64,000 nucleotides of DNA, taken from the NCBI GenBank assembly GCA_963730675.1, contig CAVSSY010000012.1, positions 99,008 through 163,007 on the forward strand. The letters are read 5' to 3'. This DNA comes from an uncultured delta proteobacterium. Lineage in GTDB: Bacteria > Desulfobacterota > Desulfobacteria > Desulfobacterales > UBA5852. The notes below the pieces were generated by a model. It did no database searches, was not told the origin of the DNA, and saw nothing but the letters and a program-made list of their open reading frames with translations. Below, piece after piece: positions 1-9,604 of this stretch. Position 1 is the stretch's first letter; every line of letters starts with the position of its first letter. The translations under genes and the position numbers were made by a program.

Positions 1-255
1 TCCGAAGAAAGCCCAGCCCGTCAGGGCAATTACCACAACCAATGCCGACACGATCAGCCCCGTCGCGCTTTTTCTTCCGGCCTTCAAAGCCCGCATCCTC
101 GAGATCACCGGATTGACGGCGAGCGAGATCAACAGAATCATCAGAAACGAAAACAGAATAGGAGACAGCAGCGAGAACGTTTGGATAAACGCAAATAGCG
201 CCGCTCCCAGTATCAAATAGGGCCCAAGACGCTTCTGTATCCGAGGACTCGACAT
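1..255 (-). CDS. AI-2E family transporter (PerM-like), N-terminal 85 codons only; gene runs off the left edge
   Basis: ATG at 253-255 (minus) opens a frame that stays open to position 1. Translation MSSPRIQKRLGPYLILGAALFAFIQTFSLLSPILFSFLMILLISLAVNPVISRMRALKAGRKSATGLIVSALVVVIALTGWAFFG is two TM helices around a basic loop, typical of the AI-2E N-terminus. Confidence 0.5.
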   Translation of the reverse strand, partial: MSSPRIQKRLGPYLILGAALFAFIQTFSLLSPILFSFLMILLISLAVNPVISRMRALKAGRKSATGLIVSALVVVIALTGWAFFG

Positions 256-443
256 TTTGTTTTCAGACGGATTTCGGCGCATTTCAGAATCAATTATGTT
301 TCGGTCATTTTACAATTGGTTGAGTTAGAGCAATATAACGGTTGAGCTCAACGCGTTTCTTTGTCGGCTGGAGCGCCTCGTTAGGCGAAGCAACCCTGAA
401 AGGGTGTGCTTGATCGTAGAACAAAAAATGTAGCGCTTGCAGA

Positions 444-1619
444 TTATGAAGTGCTGATAGACCCAGGATACTCCAGAACGACCCGGTACGCATCCATCCC
501 GCGACTGAGGAATGCCTCTGCTGAGCCCCAGAGATACAGTCGAAAACGACGATAAAGCACGTCTCCCCAGCGGTTGATAATTTCATCCCGAGCGGCTTCC
601 AGATTCTCAGCCCAGGCCTTGCAGGTGAGGTAGTAATTTCGCCGGTCGTTATAGACCTCCAACACCTCCCACGGGCTTTTCGCCACTTCGGCCAGGAACG
701 CGTGCAGGCAGAAGTAGGCATGGTCGCCAGGAAAGATGTAGCGGGACACGAAAGTGGGCTTGGAATACTTTTCGCGGAAGGCGCTGGCATCGAGGTAGAC
801 GCGCCCTCCGGGTTTCAGTAACTTCTGAAGATGCCGCAGCACGGCCGGATAGTCGGGCAGGTGCTCCATCACCCCGAGAATGACAATGGCATCGTAAGGA
901 GCGGGGGAACGGTGCTCCCAGAAGTCCTGGTTGAGCACGCTGCAGGGAAGGTGTTGCTTTGCTATCAAGTCGGTCAGAAAGTTCATGGACTGCTGTGAAA
1001 TGGTCAAGGAAGTGACCTGAATGCCGCGTCGTCCGGCATGTTCTGTGAAACTGCCCCAGCCACCCCCAACATCCAGGACGCGATCTCCCGATTTCAGCCG
1101 GCAGGCGTCGATGGCAAAATCAAGTTTGCGTCGTTGGGCGGTTTCCAGGCTCTCATCGTCTCTTTTGAAAACGGCTTGCGAATAGCAGCGGGTCGGGTCC
1201 ATGAACTTGAGATAAAATTCGTTGCTGAAGTCATAGTGCCCTGCAATGGCCTGCCGGTCGGTCCGCACCCGGCCGACAAAGTATGGCGCAATTCGCTGCC
1301 ACAGGGTGTGCAGTGGATGGCGGTCGCTCAATAGCCCGCGGAGACTGGCAAACCCCAGCATGTCACCAGCAACATCCAAGCTGCCGGCCATGTAGGCTTC
1401 ACAAATCTTCACCTCATCCAATTTGAGCAGCGCCGCCAGGCCCTGACGATCCTGCACCAGGATCTTGACTGAGGGGTCACCTTTTCCCAGACGATAGACG
1501 CGCCCGCCCCATAGCTGGATCTCAATCGGGAGCCGTAGCTTGTCGGCGATCCGTTTTTGAATCCGCTGTAAGATTCTGTCATAACGCGTGGCCAATGAAA
1601 CCTCGGAAATTTGTTCCAT
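444..1619 (-). CDS. cfa: cyclopropane-fatty-acyl-phospholipid synthase family SAM-dependent methyltransferase
   Basis: 391-aa ORF with SAM-binding motif VLDVGGGWGSF and the CFA-family block HYDFSNEFYLKFMDPTRCYSQAVF. Confidence 0.85.
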   Translation of the reverse strand: MEQISEVSLATRYDRILQRIQKRIADKLRLPIEIQLWGGRVYRLGKGDPSVKILVQDRQGLAALLKLDEVKICEAYMAGSLDVAGDMLGFASLRGLLSDRHPLHTLWQRIAPYFVGRVRTDRQAIAGHYDFSNEFYLKFMDPTRCYSQAVFKRDDESLETAQRRKLDFAIDACRLKSGDRVLDVGGGWGSFTEHAGRRGIQVTSLTISQQSMNFLTDLIAKQHLPCSVLNQDFWEHRSPAPYDAIVILGVMEHLPDYPAVLRHLQKLLKPGGRVYLDASAFREKYSKPTFVSRYIFPGDHAYFCLHAFLAEVAKSPWEVLEVYNDRRNYYLTCKAWAENLEAARDEIINRWGDVLYRRFRLYLWGSAEAFLSRGMDAYRVVLEYPGSISTS

Positions 1620-1743
1620 CTTTTATTCTTTCAGAAAATGCTTCTTCAGCCGAATCTGTGGGTAGAGGGACTCTTCTAACAACTCCTGGTTTAGATCACC
1701 GTTATTCCATAAGATTATTCTTCTACTGTTTTCTCAAAAACGC

Positions 1744-2136
1744 TTATTTCATAGCTTTCTCATTCAATGAAAACATGTTGACAATCGTTTTGACAATTTC
1801 GCCAATCACCAGGGCATACTTTGCCAGATAATCAGCGGTCTCATTGATCGTCAATACGGTATCGGTGGTTTCATGAGAAATGGTTCTGATGGCCTCACCC
1901 GCCTCACCAACGCTTTTTTTGACCTCTTCGCTGATTCTTGCGGTATTCTCTGAGATCGCATTAATGTTGGGAATGATTTGATTTAAATGATCTTGGTTTC
2001 TTTGCAGCGTGGCTGAAGCCACTTTAATCAAACCATTAATGTTTTTCAGCGTCACGATGGCGTATCCACCGGCCACGACAATTAGTGCAAAAACGATGAA
2101 TATGCCCAATTCATTCAAAGTAATGGATCCTTGCAT
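1744..2136 (-). CDS. DUF948-like membrane-anchored stress protein
   Basis: N-terminal TM helix (LGIFIVFALIVVAGGYAIV) followed by a coiled-coil region. Start moved to ATG 2134-2136 (MQGSITLNE); the track start is a TTG. Confidence 0.55.
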   Translation of the reverse strand: MQGSITLNELGIFIVFALIVVAGGYAIVTLKNINGLIKVASATLQRNQDHLNQIIPNINAISENTARISEEVKKSVGEAGEAIRTISHETTDTVLTINETADYLAKYALVIGEIVKTIVNMFSLNEKAMK

Positions 2137-2181
2137 AGGGCGGTCCTTTTTTGCATTTTGAAAATTAATTATTATCAAACG

Positions 2182-2544
2182 CTATTCATTGGCTTCTTTT
2201 TTCTTATCTTCATTTGATTTTTTCAAAGTTTCTTTTACGGCCTCAACGCCTTTTTGACCGGCTTCGCGCAAACGAGAGCCTTTTTCCGCGGCTGAGGCCG
2301 ATATTTTGGCTTTGGTCGCGGACACATTATCTTTAAAATGCTTCACGGTTTCGCTAGTTTTATCAACAATGATTTGCCGGGTTTCTTGGCCTGATTTGGG
2401 GGCGAACAGGATTCCGGTCGCAACCCCCACTGCGGAGCCGATGCCGACCCCTATGACCATATTTTTAGTCCTGTTTCGTCGCAGATCCATTGCTCGCGAA
2501 CGCCTGGCTTTTTTCACTTGATTTGCCAATTCATTTAAAATCAT
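2182..2544 (-). CDS. YtxH domain-containing general-stress-type protein
   Basis: Motif GVGIGSAVGVATGILFAPKSGQETR followed by a Lys/Glu-rich helical tail. Start set at ATG 2542-2544 (MILNEL), preceded by GGAGGA. Confidence 0.75.
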   Translation of the reverse strand: MILNELANQVKKARRSRAMDLRRNRTKNMVIGVGIGSAVGVATGILFAPKSGQETRQIIVDKTSETVKHFKDNVSATKAKISASAAEKGSRLREAGQKGVEAVKETLKKSNEDKKKEANE

Positions 2545-2696
2545 GATGGATCCTCCTATTTTGATGATGTTCGCCAACATCGTTGAATCCCCCCTTTTGC
2601 TAAATTTCGAAAGTTCAGCAAACTTTTCTGCCGTCTTTCAGATCGAGTTTTTGGACTGCGGTAACAGTTCGCCTCCCTTGTAGTCGTTTACCCAGG

Positions 2697-2722
2697 CAAA
2701 AAGGCGGCCCCTCGTGGCCGCC
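2697..2722 (-). terminator. rho-independent terminator downstream of the 28-codon ORF
   Basis: Minus strand reads GGCGGCC-ACGAGG-GGCCGCC followed by TTTTT (7-bp GC stem, 6-nt loop, U-run). Confidence 0.6.
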
Positions 2723-2769
2723 AATCGCCAATGTAAAGTCCCAAGATGCGAGAAACAGCACCGAAGCAC

Positions 2770-2856
2770 CTACCGTCGTCTTTTCCAATAGAAGCCTCCG
2801 CCCCCGAACAATAGAACCAACACTACGATGAGAATGATGAGACCTGTCGTACTCAT
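2770..2856 (-). CDS. 28-aa hydrophobic small protein (MSTTGLIILIVVLVLLFGGGGFYWKRRR)
   Basis: ATG 2854-2856 is preceded by AAGGAAGGA. One TM helix plus a basic C-terminus, stop TAG 2770-2772, own terminator at 2697-2722. Below the 60-aa cut-off of the supplied track. Confidence 0.45.
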   Translation of the reverse strand: MSTTGLIILIVVLVLLFGGGGFYWKRRR

Positions 2857-3069
2857 GGCAATTTCCTTCCTTTAATTTGTTGCCTTTTTGGTAGTTCCCG
2901 GAATACATTTTCCGAGCGATTCAGTTTTAGTACTCTTTATGCTTCTACTAACTACAATTTATGTGCCAGACATCCAACATTTCGCGTCTTGTCGCCTAAC
3001 ACTTAGATTTATTAGAATAATCAGTTAAAATATCATTTACATGGCGGTCATTAACTGCCGTATGAGAAG

Positions 3070-3100
3070 GGTTATATTTAACCACTGGTCATATTTGACA
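3070..3100. promoter_or_regulatory. copy 1 of a conserved 31-nt motif (GGTTATATTTAACCACTGGTCATATTTGACA)
   Basis: Aligns without gaps to 6343-6373 and 15488-15518. Lies in the intergenic region upstream (minus-strand sense) of the small-ORF/YtxH/DUF948 genes. Confidence 0.5.
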
Positions 3101-3224
3101 ATTTTTGGTTTCTTTAAATAATGATAGTCGATTTGTAATCGCAGCTTCCCCGGACGCGGAACGGTTGCAGAAGTAGTGATGTTTAGCGGCTTCGCTCTGG
3201 TTGGGTGTCTTTTCTGTTCCACAA

Positions 3225-4694
3225 TTATGGGCTCCGGTCCTTCCTTCTGGAAGAAACCTGCAAGAGATTCTCTCCTTGTTTCAATAGTATTGCTTGCCGT
3301 GCCTGTTCCTCGATGACGACGGCTTCGCTGTATAGGCCGGCTTCCGCTTTCGTGGACACTACATCGAGTTCTTTGTGCGGCGATTCAGCAAGGAGCCGCT
3401 TTGTTGGCATCGCACCGTCTGCATCGGCCGCTTTCCCGTCGAGCACGGTAACGGGGACGCCCTGAGGAAACACAACCTCTCGGGCCTCGTCGGGCATCGA
3501 GATGCCATGTTTCTGAAAGGCCCGTTTCACCAGCCGGATCACCGAAGAGCGCACCTTCAACCAACTGTGTTCGCGGCCGTCGAGCCAAAAGTAGATGCGT
3601 AAGTTAACCGTAGACCTTCCCAGGCTGTCCGCCAATACCGAGGGCTCGGGGTCGTTCAGAACGGCGGGGTGGTCCGCCAGCACTTTCCGTGCTATCTCCT
3701 GAGCCTCGTTGATCGCATCGTCATAGCCGATGCCGACGACAAAGTCCTCCCGCCGGTTGGAGTTGGTCGTGAAGTTGGAGAGGTTGCTCTTGTAAACCAT
3801 GGCGTTTGGGATTTGCACGAGATTCCCTTCGAGGGTCATCAAGATCGTCGTACGCATGTTCAACTGCTGCACGTACCCTGTCACACCGGACACCTCGACC
3901 AAGTCGCCGGTCTCGAACGGCCGCTGCAAGCTGAGGAAGATGCTGGCCAAAAAGTTCTCGGTGATTTCCCGGAATGCGATACCAACGACCAGACCGATCA
4001 GGCCTGTGCCGCCGACCACCGTCAATGCCAGTTGAGTCAGGCCAGAGACTCTCAGAATGAGATAGGCCCCGCAGAGAAAAACGAGCATGCCTGCCCCACG
4101 AGCGATCACATTTTGCAGGAGTTTCGTCCTAATCCGTCGGCGAAGAAACGCCAGGGCTCCTCTGGTTGCCAGCATGCCGGCGCCCACCGATAGCGATAGG
4201 ATGAGCAGTCCAAACGCAATAAAGGGAAGCAAGCGGATGACGTCGTGCCATAATAGCAACAGCCCGCTCCACGCCGGACGGAAGTCCCATACCGGAGGCT
4301 CGAGTACCTCCATCCGGTTGGCCACGGCGACAACGTCCTGGGTGTTGCGTGCAAGATCGCCGGCCCATTTCTTGAGCTCATCGGATTCCACCTGGCCGTT
4401 GAGAAAAACGACTCCTTCCTCAACACGGACTTGTGGGTCGATGAACCAGTCAGTGGCATCCAGGACATTCTGGAGTCGCTTGCGAATTTCTTCATCGCGC
4501 GCAACCGGGTTTACGTCCACCTTCGCGGGTGCCGGAGAGAACTCTTCTTTGGCGGGAGTGGTCAGTTTCTGCGGTTCGCCGGCCTGGCCGACGGGTTCCT
4601 GTGCCATGGCCGCCGAGATCAGCGCGCTGCACACAGAACCGAGCAGCACCGCCCACAGAACCAGTTTATAGCCGCGATAGGCTGAGCGCTGCAC
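3225..4694 (-). CDS. mechanosensitive ion channel (MscS family) with N-terminal periplasmic BON domain
   Basis: Signal peptide, then a BON-like segment (LQNVLDATDWFIDPQVRVEEGVVFLNGQVESDE...DVVAVANRMEV), TM helices, and the MscS beta-domain block GDLVEVSGVTGYVQQLNMRTTILMTLEGNLVQIPN. Confidence 0.85.
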   Translation of the reverse strand: MQRSAYRGYKLVLWAVLLGSVCSALISAAMAQEPVGQAGEPQKLTTPAKEEFSPAPAKVDVNPVARDEEIRKRLQNVLDATDWFIDPQVRVEEGVVFLNGQVESDELKKWAGDLARNTQDVVAVANRMEVLEPPVWDFRPAWSGLLLLWHDVIRLLPFIAFGLLILSLSVGAGMLATRGALAFLRRRIRTKLLQNVIARGAGMLVFLCGAYLILRVSGLTQLALTVVGGTGLIGLVVGIAFREITENFLASIFLSLQRPFETGDLVEVSGVTGYVQQLNMRTTILMTLEGNLVQIPNAMVYKSNLSNFTTNSNRREDFVVGIGYDDAINEAQEIARKVLADHPAVLNDPEPSVLADSLGRSTVNLRIYFWLDGREHSWLKVRSSVIRLVKRAFQKHGISMPDEAREVVFPQGVPVTVLDGKAADADGAMPTKRLLAESPHKELDVVSTKAEAGLYSEAVVIEEQARQAILLKQGENLLQVSSRRKDRSP

Positions 4695-4919
4695 GGGGAC
4701 CCCTTTCCCTTAGAACCGGCAGGCCTCGGTTTTCCCGTCGGTGCTTGCATGCCGACTTCTCGATATGTCCGCCAAACGCGTACCTCATCGCGGACAACTG
4801 CTTGCCGGAAAATTCCGCTTGGCCGCACGAGGTGTCTCGGCCGATATTCGGAGCGGCGCGAGTTACATCGTGCGGACGACGGATTGATAATCAAGGATTA
4901 CCGGATCCTTCACTCCCCA

Positions 4920-5489
4920 CTATGAAATGTACTGATTTAAATCCTTTTCCAATGAATCGAGCCTGCGGGTGATGTCGGCTTGCTCCTCGTATGTCGGGTA
5001 TCGCCCTCCTTCCGTCATTCGCAAATATTCTCGGCGGATAGAGTCCAGACGGTATTGGTATTCATCCTCCTCTTTCTGAGGCAAACGTCGGTTGATTCTT
5101 CCATCATCGATTCTTTTTTGTAAGGCGGCAATCCTCTCCCCATTGTTGTATTCTTCAATTCTTTCAGGTCGCGCATACGCTCTGTCGATTTCCTCTTCAA
5201 GCGTATCCAGTCGGCGATTGAGTTTGTCCCACTCATCCCGGTACACTTTTTTGTCTCTTAGCTTGGTATAGTCTGTTCGGATACCTTTCAGCGTCGTCAA
5301 AAACATCTGTGACTGATCAGGGGTAAGCGTGCCGGTTTTCAACCCTTCCCCGATTTTTTCCTGGACCACGATCATCTTGTTCTCGGCGCTCCTTTCGGAA
5401 TCAGGCCACGTTTGAGGCATCGTGGCGCAACTTGCAAGTAGCACCCCTATACAAACTGCTAATGCCGTCGATATGACTGTGCTTTTCAT
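4920..5489 (-). CDS. hypothetical lipoprotein, charged coiled-coil
   Basis: Lipobox signal MKSTVISTALAVCIGVLLASC. No family recognised. Confidence 0.6.
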   Translation of the reverse strand: MKSTVISTALAVCIGVLLASCATMPQTWPDSERSAENKMIVVQEKIGEGLKTGTLTPDQSQMFLTTLKGIRTDYTKLRDKKVYRDEWDKLNRRLDTLEEEIDRAYARPERIEEYNNGERIAALQKRIDDGRINRRLPQKEEDEYQYRLDSIRREYLRMTEGGRYPTYEEQADITRRLDSLEKDLNQYIS

Positions 5490-5544
5490 TTCGTCACTTC
5501 CTTTTTAGTGTATACCACGCCTTGTCCGGCGAAGGGTCGGCGGG

Positions 5545-5694
5545 TCACACCCGTCTTCGTCCTTGAAGCACCTGGATCACCACCACAATGATGGCAATGA
5601 CCAGCAGGACATGAATGGCGCCGCCCATGGTGGTGCCGGTCAACAATCCCAATCCCCACAGAACAAGAAGAATAACAAATAGTGTCCAAAGCAT
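5545..5694 (-). CDS. lmo0937-family small membrane protein (49 aa)
   Basis: Translation MLWTLFVILLVLWGLGLLTGTTMGGAIHVLLVIAIIVVVIQVLQGRRRV. The overlapping 67-aa track ORF is in a different frame and looks spurious. Confidence 0.6.
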   Translation of the reverse strand: MLWTLFVILLVLWGLGLLTGTTMGGAIHVLLVIAIIVVVIQVLQGRRRV

Positions 5695-5744
5695 GGTGGA
5701 CTCCTTTCCCAGGCCGTCAAATTGCCTTTGACATGCGTCTATGT

Positions 5745-5924
5745 TTACTTCCCAACGACATCCTTGATCTCGCCGATCTTTTCCTGAACCTTCCCGTCAA
5801 CATTTTCGGCCCTGCCTTCAGCCGCCAAGTCGCGGTTCCCGACTGCTTTTCCGGCGACCTCCTTGATCTTGCCCTTCACTTTGTGCAACGAGCCCTCTGC
5901 CTTGTCCTGGGTGCTTGATTTCAT
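5745..5924 (-). CDS. CsbD family stress protein (59 aa)
   Basis: MKSSTQDKAEGSLHKVKGKIKEVAGKAVGNRDLAAEGRAENVDGKVQEKIGEIKDVVGK. AGGAGG lies upstream of ATG 5922-5924. Below the track cut-off. Confidence 0.8.
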   Translation of the reverse strand: MKSSTQDKAEGSLHKVKGKIKEVAGKAVGNRDLAAEGRAENVDGKVQEKIGEIKDVVGK

Positions 5925-6342
5925 GGTAGACCTCCTGTTGAATAACGGTGGTACTGAAGTTCCCGTGCAAAAGACCGATGGGGCTTTTTTCGGAACTTAT
6001 CTTAATTCTCCACCGGTTGAAGATTGATTAGCCGGTAAGAGTCGATTTTCGGACGGCGCGAATGTCGGGCCAACGCGGAAATGAATTCGAGAAACAAGGC
6101 ATCACGAACGTCAGAGGGAGGTGATACTGCGGTCGCCAGCGGTTCACAGGCAGCGCCATCGCGTATCGGAAGATGAAAGAGAATGCGGACGGAAATCGGC
6201 TTGCCGATATCTTCTACTGTAGGATATTCAATCTTTGTGCCAGGTTTCCGATACGCAGCGCAATGTCACCCATTGTGCTGATTCTTAAGCGCAACTTGTT
6301 TGAATGGCATTCAGAGTGTGGTCAAGGACCGCCCCATAAAGA

Positions 6343-6373
6343 GGTCATATCTGACCGGTGGTCATATTTGGCC
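6343..6373. promoter_or_regulatory. copy 2 of the conserved 31-nt motif (GGTCATATCTGACCGGTGGTCATATTTGGCC)
   Basis: Ungapped alignment to the copies at 3070 and 15488. Intergenic, upstream (minus sense) of csbD and the lmo0937-like gene. Confidence 0.5.
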
Positions 6374-6651
6374 CTCTTTGCGGTTCCTCAAGTGCCCTTG
6401 GTGGCAGTGATATAGGCGGGATTTTTATTGATTCAGCTGTTTCTGCGCCTCGGCGTGACTGCGGCCGCCAAGCGACGTACCAGCTTCGCTAGCCGCTCCG
6501 ACATGGGCAGGGATTTTAAGTCGTTCTTCCCATGGGGTTTCGATGCTGGTTTGGATTAGGGGGCCTCAGGCGATCGGCGCTGGCGTTGGTCTCTTGTGGG
6601 GAATGAATCGGAGGCACGCCTGCCCGGGTTTTTCAAGAATCATAATCGGAC

Positions 6652-8250
6652 TCAATCGCCGTCCTTGGCAGCGGGCTGCTCTTCGGTTGTTTTTTCCTCT
6701 TCGCCCGATTCCAGCCGCAACAGCCGGGCATCGATGTCCGCCAGCAACTTCTCGTAAACCGCCTGGTCGAGAATGCCTTGCCGGAAGGCATCGGTCACAT
6801 GGTTTTTTTCCGTGAGCAACAGATGCCGGCGGGCCCATTGGGATTCCTGGGCCACAATCGCCGTGCGATCGAGTTCCAAGGCACCCATCTGGCCTTGCTC
6901 CGCCGCAATCCGCTGGGTATATTCATCCTTGAGTCGGGCACGAACGTCATCGCGAAAGAAATGGACGTGCGACATGCGCTCGAGTTCTTCGAGCGCCGCA
7001 CTGGCCGCCTGCAACTTGCCGCGGGCGAACTCGTATGCTTCGCGGTGCTCACTCCCTTTGACGATGCCCAGCCAGCGCAGCAGGTGCGAAACCGTCATGC
7101 CGTGCACCAGTATCGAGATCATCACCACCCCGAAGGTCATCGTCACCAGAAGATCCCGATGGGGAAAATCCTTTGCCAGGCTCAACACGAGCACCATCGG
7201 CAACCCCCCGCGCAATCCGCCCCACGTCAGCACCACGCTCCACGACCACGGGATTTTCTCACGGGTCTTTCGCAGCAAAGCGGACACTGCGAAGATCACC
7301 AGCCCTCGGCCAGTGGTAACCACCAGGTAGGCGACGAGAATTACCTTCCACGAGGTGAACAGCGCATCGAGGTGCACCTCCAGACCGATGAGCAGGAACA
7401 CAAACGAGTTCAGCGCAAAGGCCACGTATTCCCAAAAGGTTTCCACGGCGACCCGCGTGGAGGGCGTCATGCCGAAGCGCGCGCCGTAGTTGCCGCAGAG
7501 CACCCCGGCCACCACCACCGCGATGACGCCCGAAAAATGAAAGTGCTCGGCCGTCACAAACGAGCCGTAGGCCGCGATGGTCGTCAACGTGATCTCGATC
7601 ATCGCATCATCGATCTGTTTGATCACCTGCGAGGCGGCCAAGCCGACCGCCGCGCCGATCAGACCGCCGAAACCGACAATCTTGAGGAAGTCCGTCACTA
7701 TGTGGCCCGTCGTGGCGCTGGCGCCGGTTACAAGGGACAGGCTGAGCGTGAAAAATACGATTGCCGTGCCGTCGTTGAGCAGGCTTTCGCCTTCGAGTAA
7801 GACCGACAAGCGACGCGGTACGCCGAGGCTTCGAAACACCGCCACCACTGCGATCGGGTCAGTCGCCGCGATCAGCGCCCCGAAGACCAGCCCGTACGGC
7901 AATGTAAAATCCTGTTCCAGATGCAGCGTGCCCACGACGGGGGTCAGGATCATGGCCGTCAACGCAACCGCCGCGGCCACACCCGGCACGGCCAGCGACG
8001 CGACTGTCAACCGGTTGCGCCAGAAATCCCGGAACTCGATGTGAAACGCGGCCTCAAACAGCAAACCCGGCAGGAATACCGAGAAAAGCAGTTCCTTCGT
8101 CAAATGAGGTGGGGTGAAAAGGTTAAGGATACCGAGCGCCAACCCGCTTAGCACCAGTGCCACGGTGTAAGGCACATTCAATTGGCGCACCGCGATCGCC
8201 ACCGCCGCGGCGACCGAAAACAACAGGATCAAAATGGTCTCAGTTTGCAA
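6652..8250 (-). CDS. Na+/H+ antiporter, CPA1 (NhaP-type) with cytoplasmic C-terminal domain
   Basis: 532 aa, polytopic. Contains ATDPIAVVAVFRSLGVPRRLSVLLEGESLLNDGTAIV, the CPA1 signature region. Confidence 0.85.
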   Translation of the reverse strand: MQTETILILLFSVAAAVAIAVRQLNVPYTVALVLSGLALGILNLFTPPHLTKELLFSVFLPGLLFEAAFHIEFRDFWRNRLTVASLAVPGVAAAVALTAMILTPVVGTLHLEQDFTLPYGLVFGALIAATDPIAVVAVFRSLGVPRRLSVLLEGESLLNDGTAIVFFTLSLSLVTGASATTGHIVTDFLKIVGFGGLIGAAVGLAASQVIKQIDDAMIEITLTTIAAYGSFVTAEHFHFSGVIAVVVAGVLCGNYGARFGMTPSTRVAVETFWEYVAFALNSFVFLLIGLEVHLDALFTSWKVILVAYLVVTTGRGLVIFAVSALLRKTREKIPWSWSVVLTWGGLRGGLPMVLVLSLAKDFPHRDLLVTMTFGVVMISILVHGMTVSHLLRWLGIVKGSEHREAYEFARGKLQAASAALEELERMSHVHFFRDDVRARLKDEYTQRIAAEQGQMGALELDRTAIVAQESQWARRHLLLTEKNHVTDAFRQGILDQAVYEKLLADIDARLLRLESGEEEKTTEEQPAAKDGD

Positions 8251-8335
8251 AGTCTTCTACTCCATAGTACAACGACCGGAATGATTTCTGCACCGATGAT
8301 AATTGCAGCCCTTATTATATTGAATTGCACCTGTT

Positions 8336-9177
8336 TCACAACCTGTGCTTAAGGAAAAATCCGCTGATGGCATCAACCACCGGTTTCAGCATATCGTAAG
8401 GGCTCTGACCTTCCGCCAGCCCGCCAAGGTAGTAGACCCACCCGCCTGATTTGGCCGCCATCCGTTCGATGCCGTTCCTACCGAGTTCATCCCAGTCGTA
8501 GGCCACAATGAAGTGCTCGATGTCGAGGCTCTTGAGAATGGCGGCCGCCTCAGGGGTGATATAAGAACCCAAGGTGGACACCACCACCGCTTTGTCCTGG
8601 TCCCGGAGCAGGTTGTAGAAGGTAAAATAATCGAAAATGCCCTCTACCAGGATGATGGTCCGGTACTGACGGATATAGCGCTTTGCCTTGTCCAAACCAT
8701 AGAGCCAACTCCTGGCGGAAAGGGGAACTTCTCGGGCCTGGTGCTTGAGCCAGCGGACGCCCCTATCGCCCGGGCGTCTGCCGACCAATCCGACCGGGCC
8801 GGCATCGGCATCATCAATGGGAAACACCATTCGGCCGGCAAAAAAATCACCGTAATTTCTTGAAAACAGGTTTTTGCGTTTGAAATCGATCTGCCGGCAA
8901 TAGTACCCGACCGATAGTTCTTGCGCAGCATGATCAGGTCATATATGCCCCAATCCCCTTTGCAGGCCCCGAAGCAATGGAACCGGACCTCATCATCTTT
9001 GTTGACGTACGCCATGAAGCGGTCCTGGGTATCGGCGTGGAACGGGCACCGGGCGTTGTACCGATTTTTTCTGACGCGCGTGAAACGAATCCCCAGAAGC
9101 GTTTCCGCATAGTGGATCATGGCATCGATGGTCGCTGCCGATTTTAAATCCTGATATTGTCCGAGCCCCTGCAACAT
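8336..9177 (-). pseudogene. DnaG-like primase-family gene (CHC2 zinc finger + Toprim) split by a frameshift
   Basis: ORF 8644-9177 carries CPFHADTQDRFMAYVNKDDEVRFHCFGACKGDWGIYDLI (CHC2 finger). ORF 8336-8830, open upstream to 8948 in another frame, carries NYGDFFAGRMVFPIDDADAGPVGLVGRR and ILVEGIFDYF (Toprim). The two frames overlap. Confidence 0.6.
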
Positions 9178-9238
9178 TTCTCCTTGATCAGCTCCCGATG
9201 CTGTTTGGCCCTCATCGTCTCATTTTTTAACAAAGGCT

Positions 9239-9439
9239 TTATCCTTTGATCCGCTCTAATGTACCGTTTTCCAGCAATTCTTGTAGCTGGCTGAGCAGTC
9301 GCTGTTCATGATCATCCGTTATCCCGTCATTGCTTGCCGCCTTCATTATTTCCACATACTCGCTGTTGGTAATGACGTGATCGCTAATTGCTTTTTCGAT
9401 CACCTCTTTTAATTCCAATCCCGATTGGGTCAGTTTCAT
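9239..9439 (-). CDS. hypothetical small acidic protein (66 aa)
   Basis: Start moved to MKLTQSGLELK, which has an upstream GGGAGA. No family recognised. Confidence 0.4.
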   Translation of the reverse strand: MKLTQSGLELKEVIEKAISDHVITNSEYVEIMKAASNDGITDDHEQRLLSQLQELLENGTLERIKG

Positions 9440-9604
9440 GATGTTCTCCCTTTTGGGTTTTCCCCATTGTGACCGCCTATAAGCCAAATCCGCGCCGCCG
9501 GATTTTAGGTGTAATCTACCTGATTCTGGGCGGCCTGCCGGGTTTCAACTCATTTGCGATGATATCAATGATCCTCTCTTCTCCTGTGACTAACGTATTG
9601 ATCT

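Noticed and set aside
305-790. 161-aa minus-strand ORF
   Set aside because: It overlaps the 3-prime part of cfa in another frame and has no supporting features.
2615-2908. 97-aa minus-strand ORF
   Set aside because: It spans the GC hairpin terminator, and its product is not protein-like. A 28-codon ORF in another frame, with an SD and followed by that terminator, fits better.
6227-6242. Minus-strand TGGCAC-AAAGA-TTGAA upstream of csbD as a sigma-54 promoter
   Set aside because: The -24 element and the spacing are good, but the conserved -12 GC is GA. It would also imply a 5-prime UTR of about 290 nt. I keep it only as a weak possibility.
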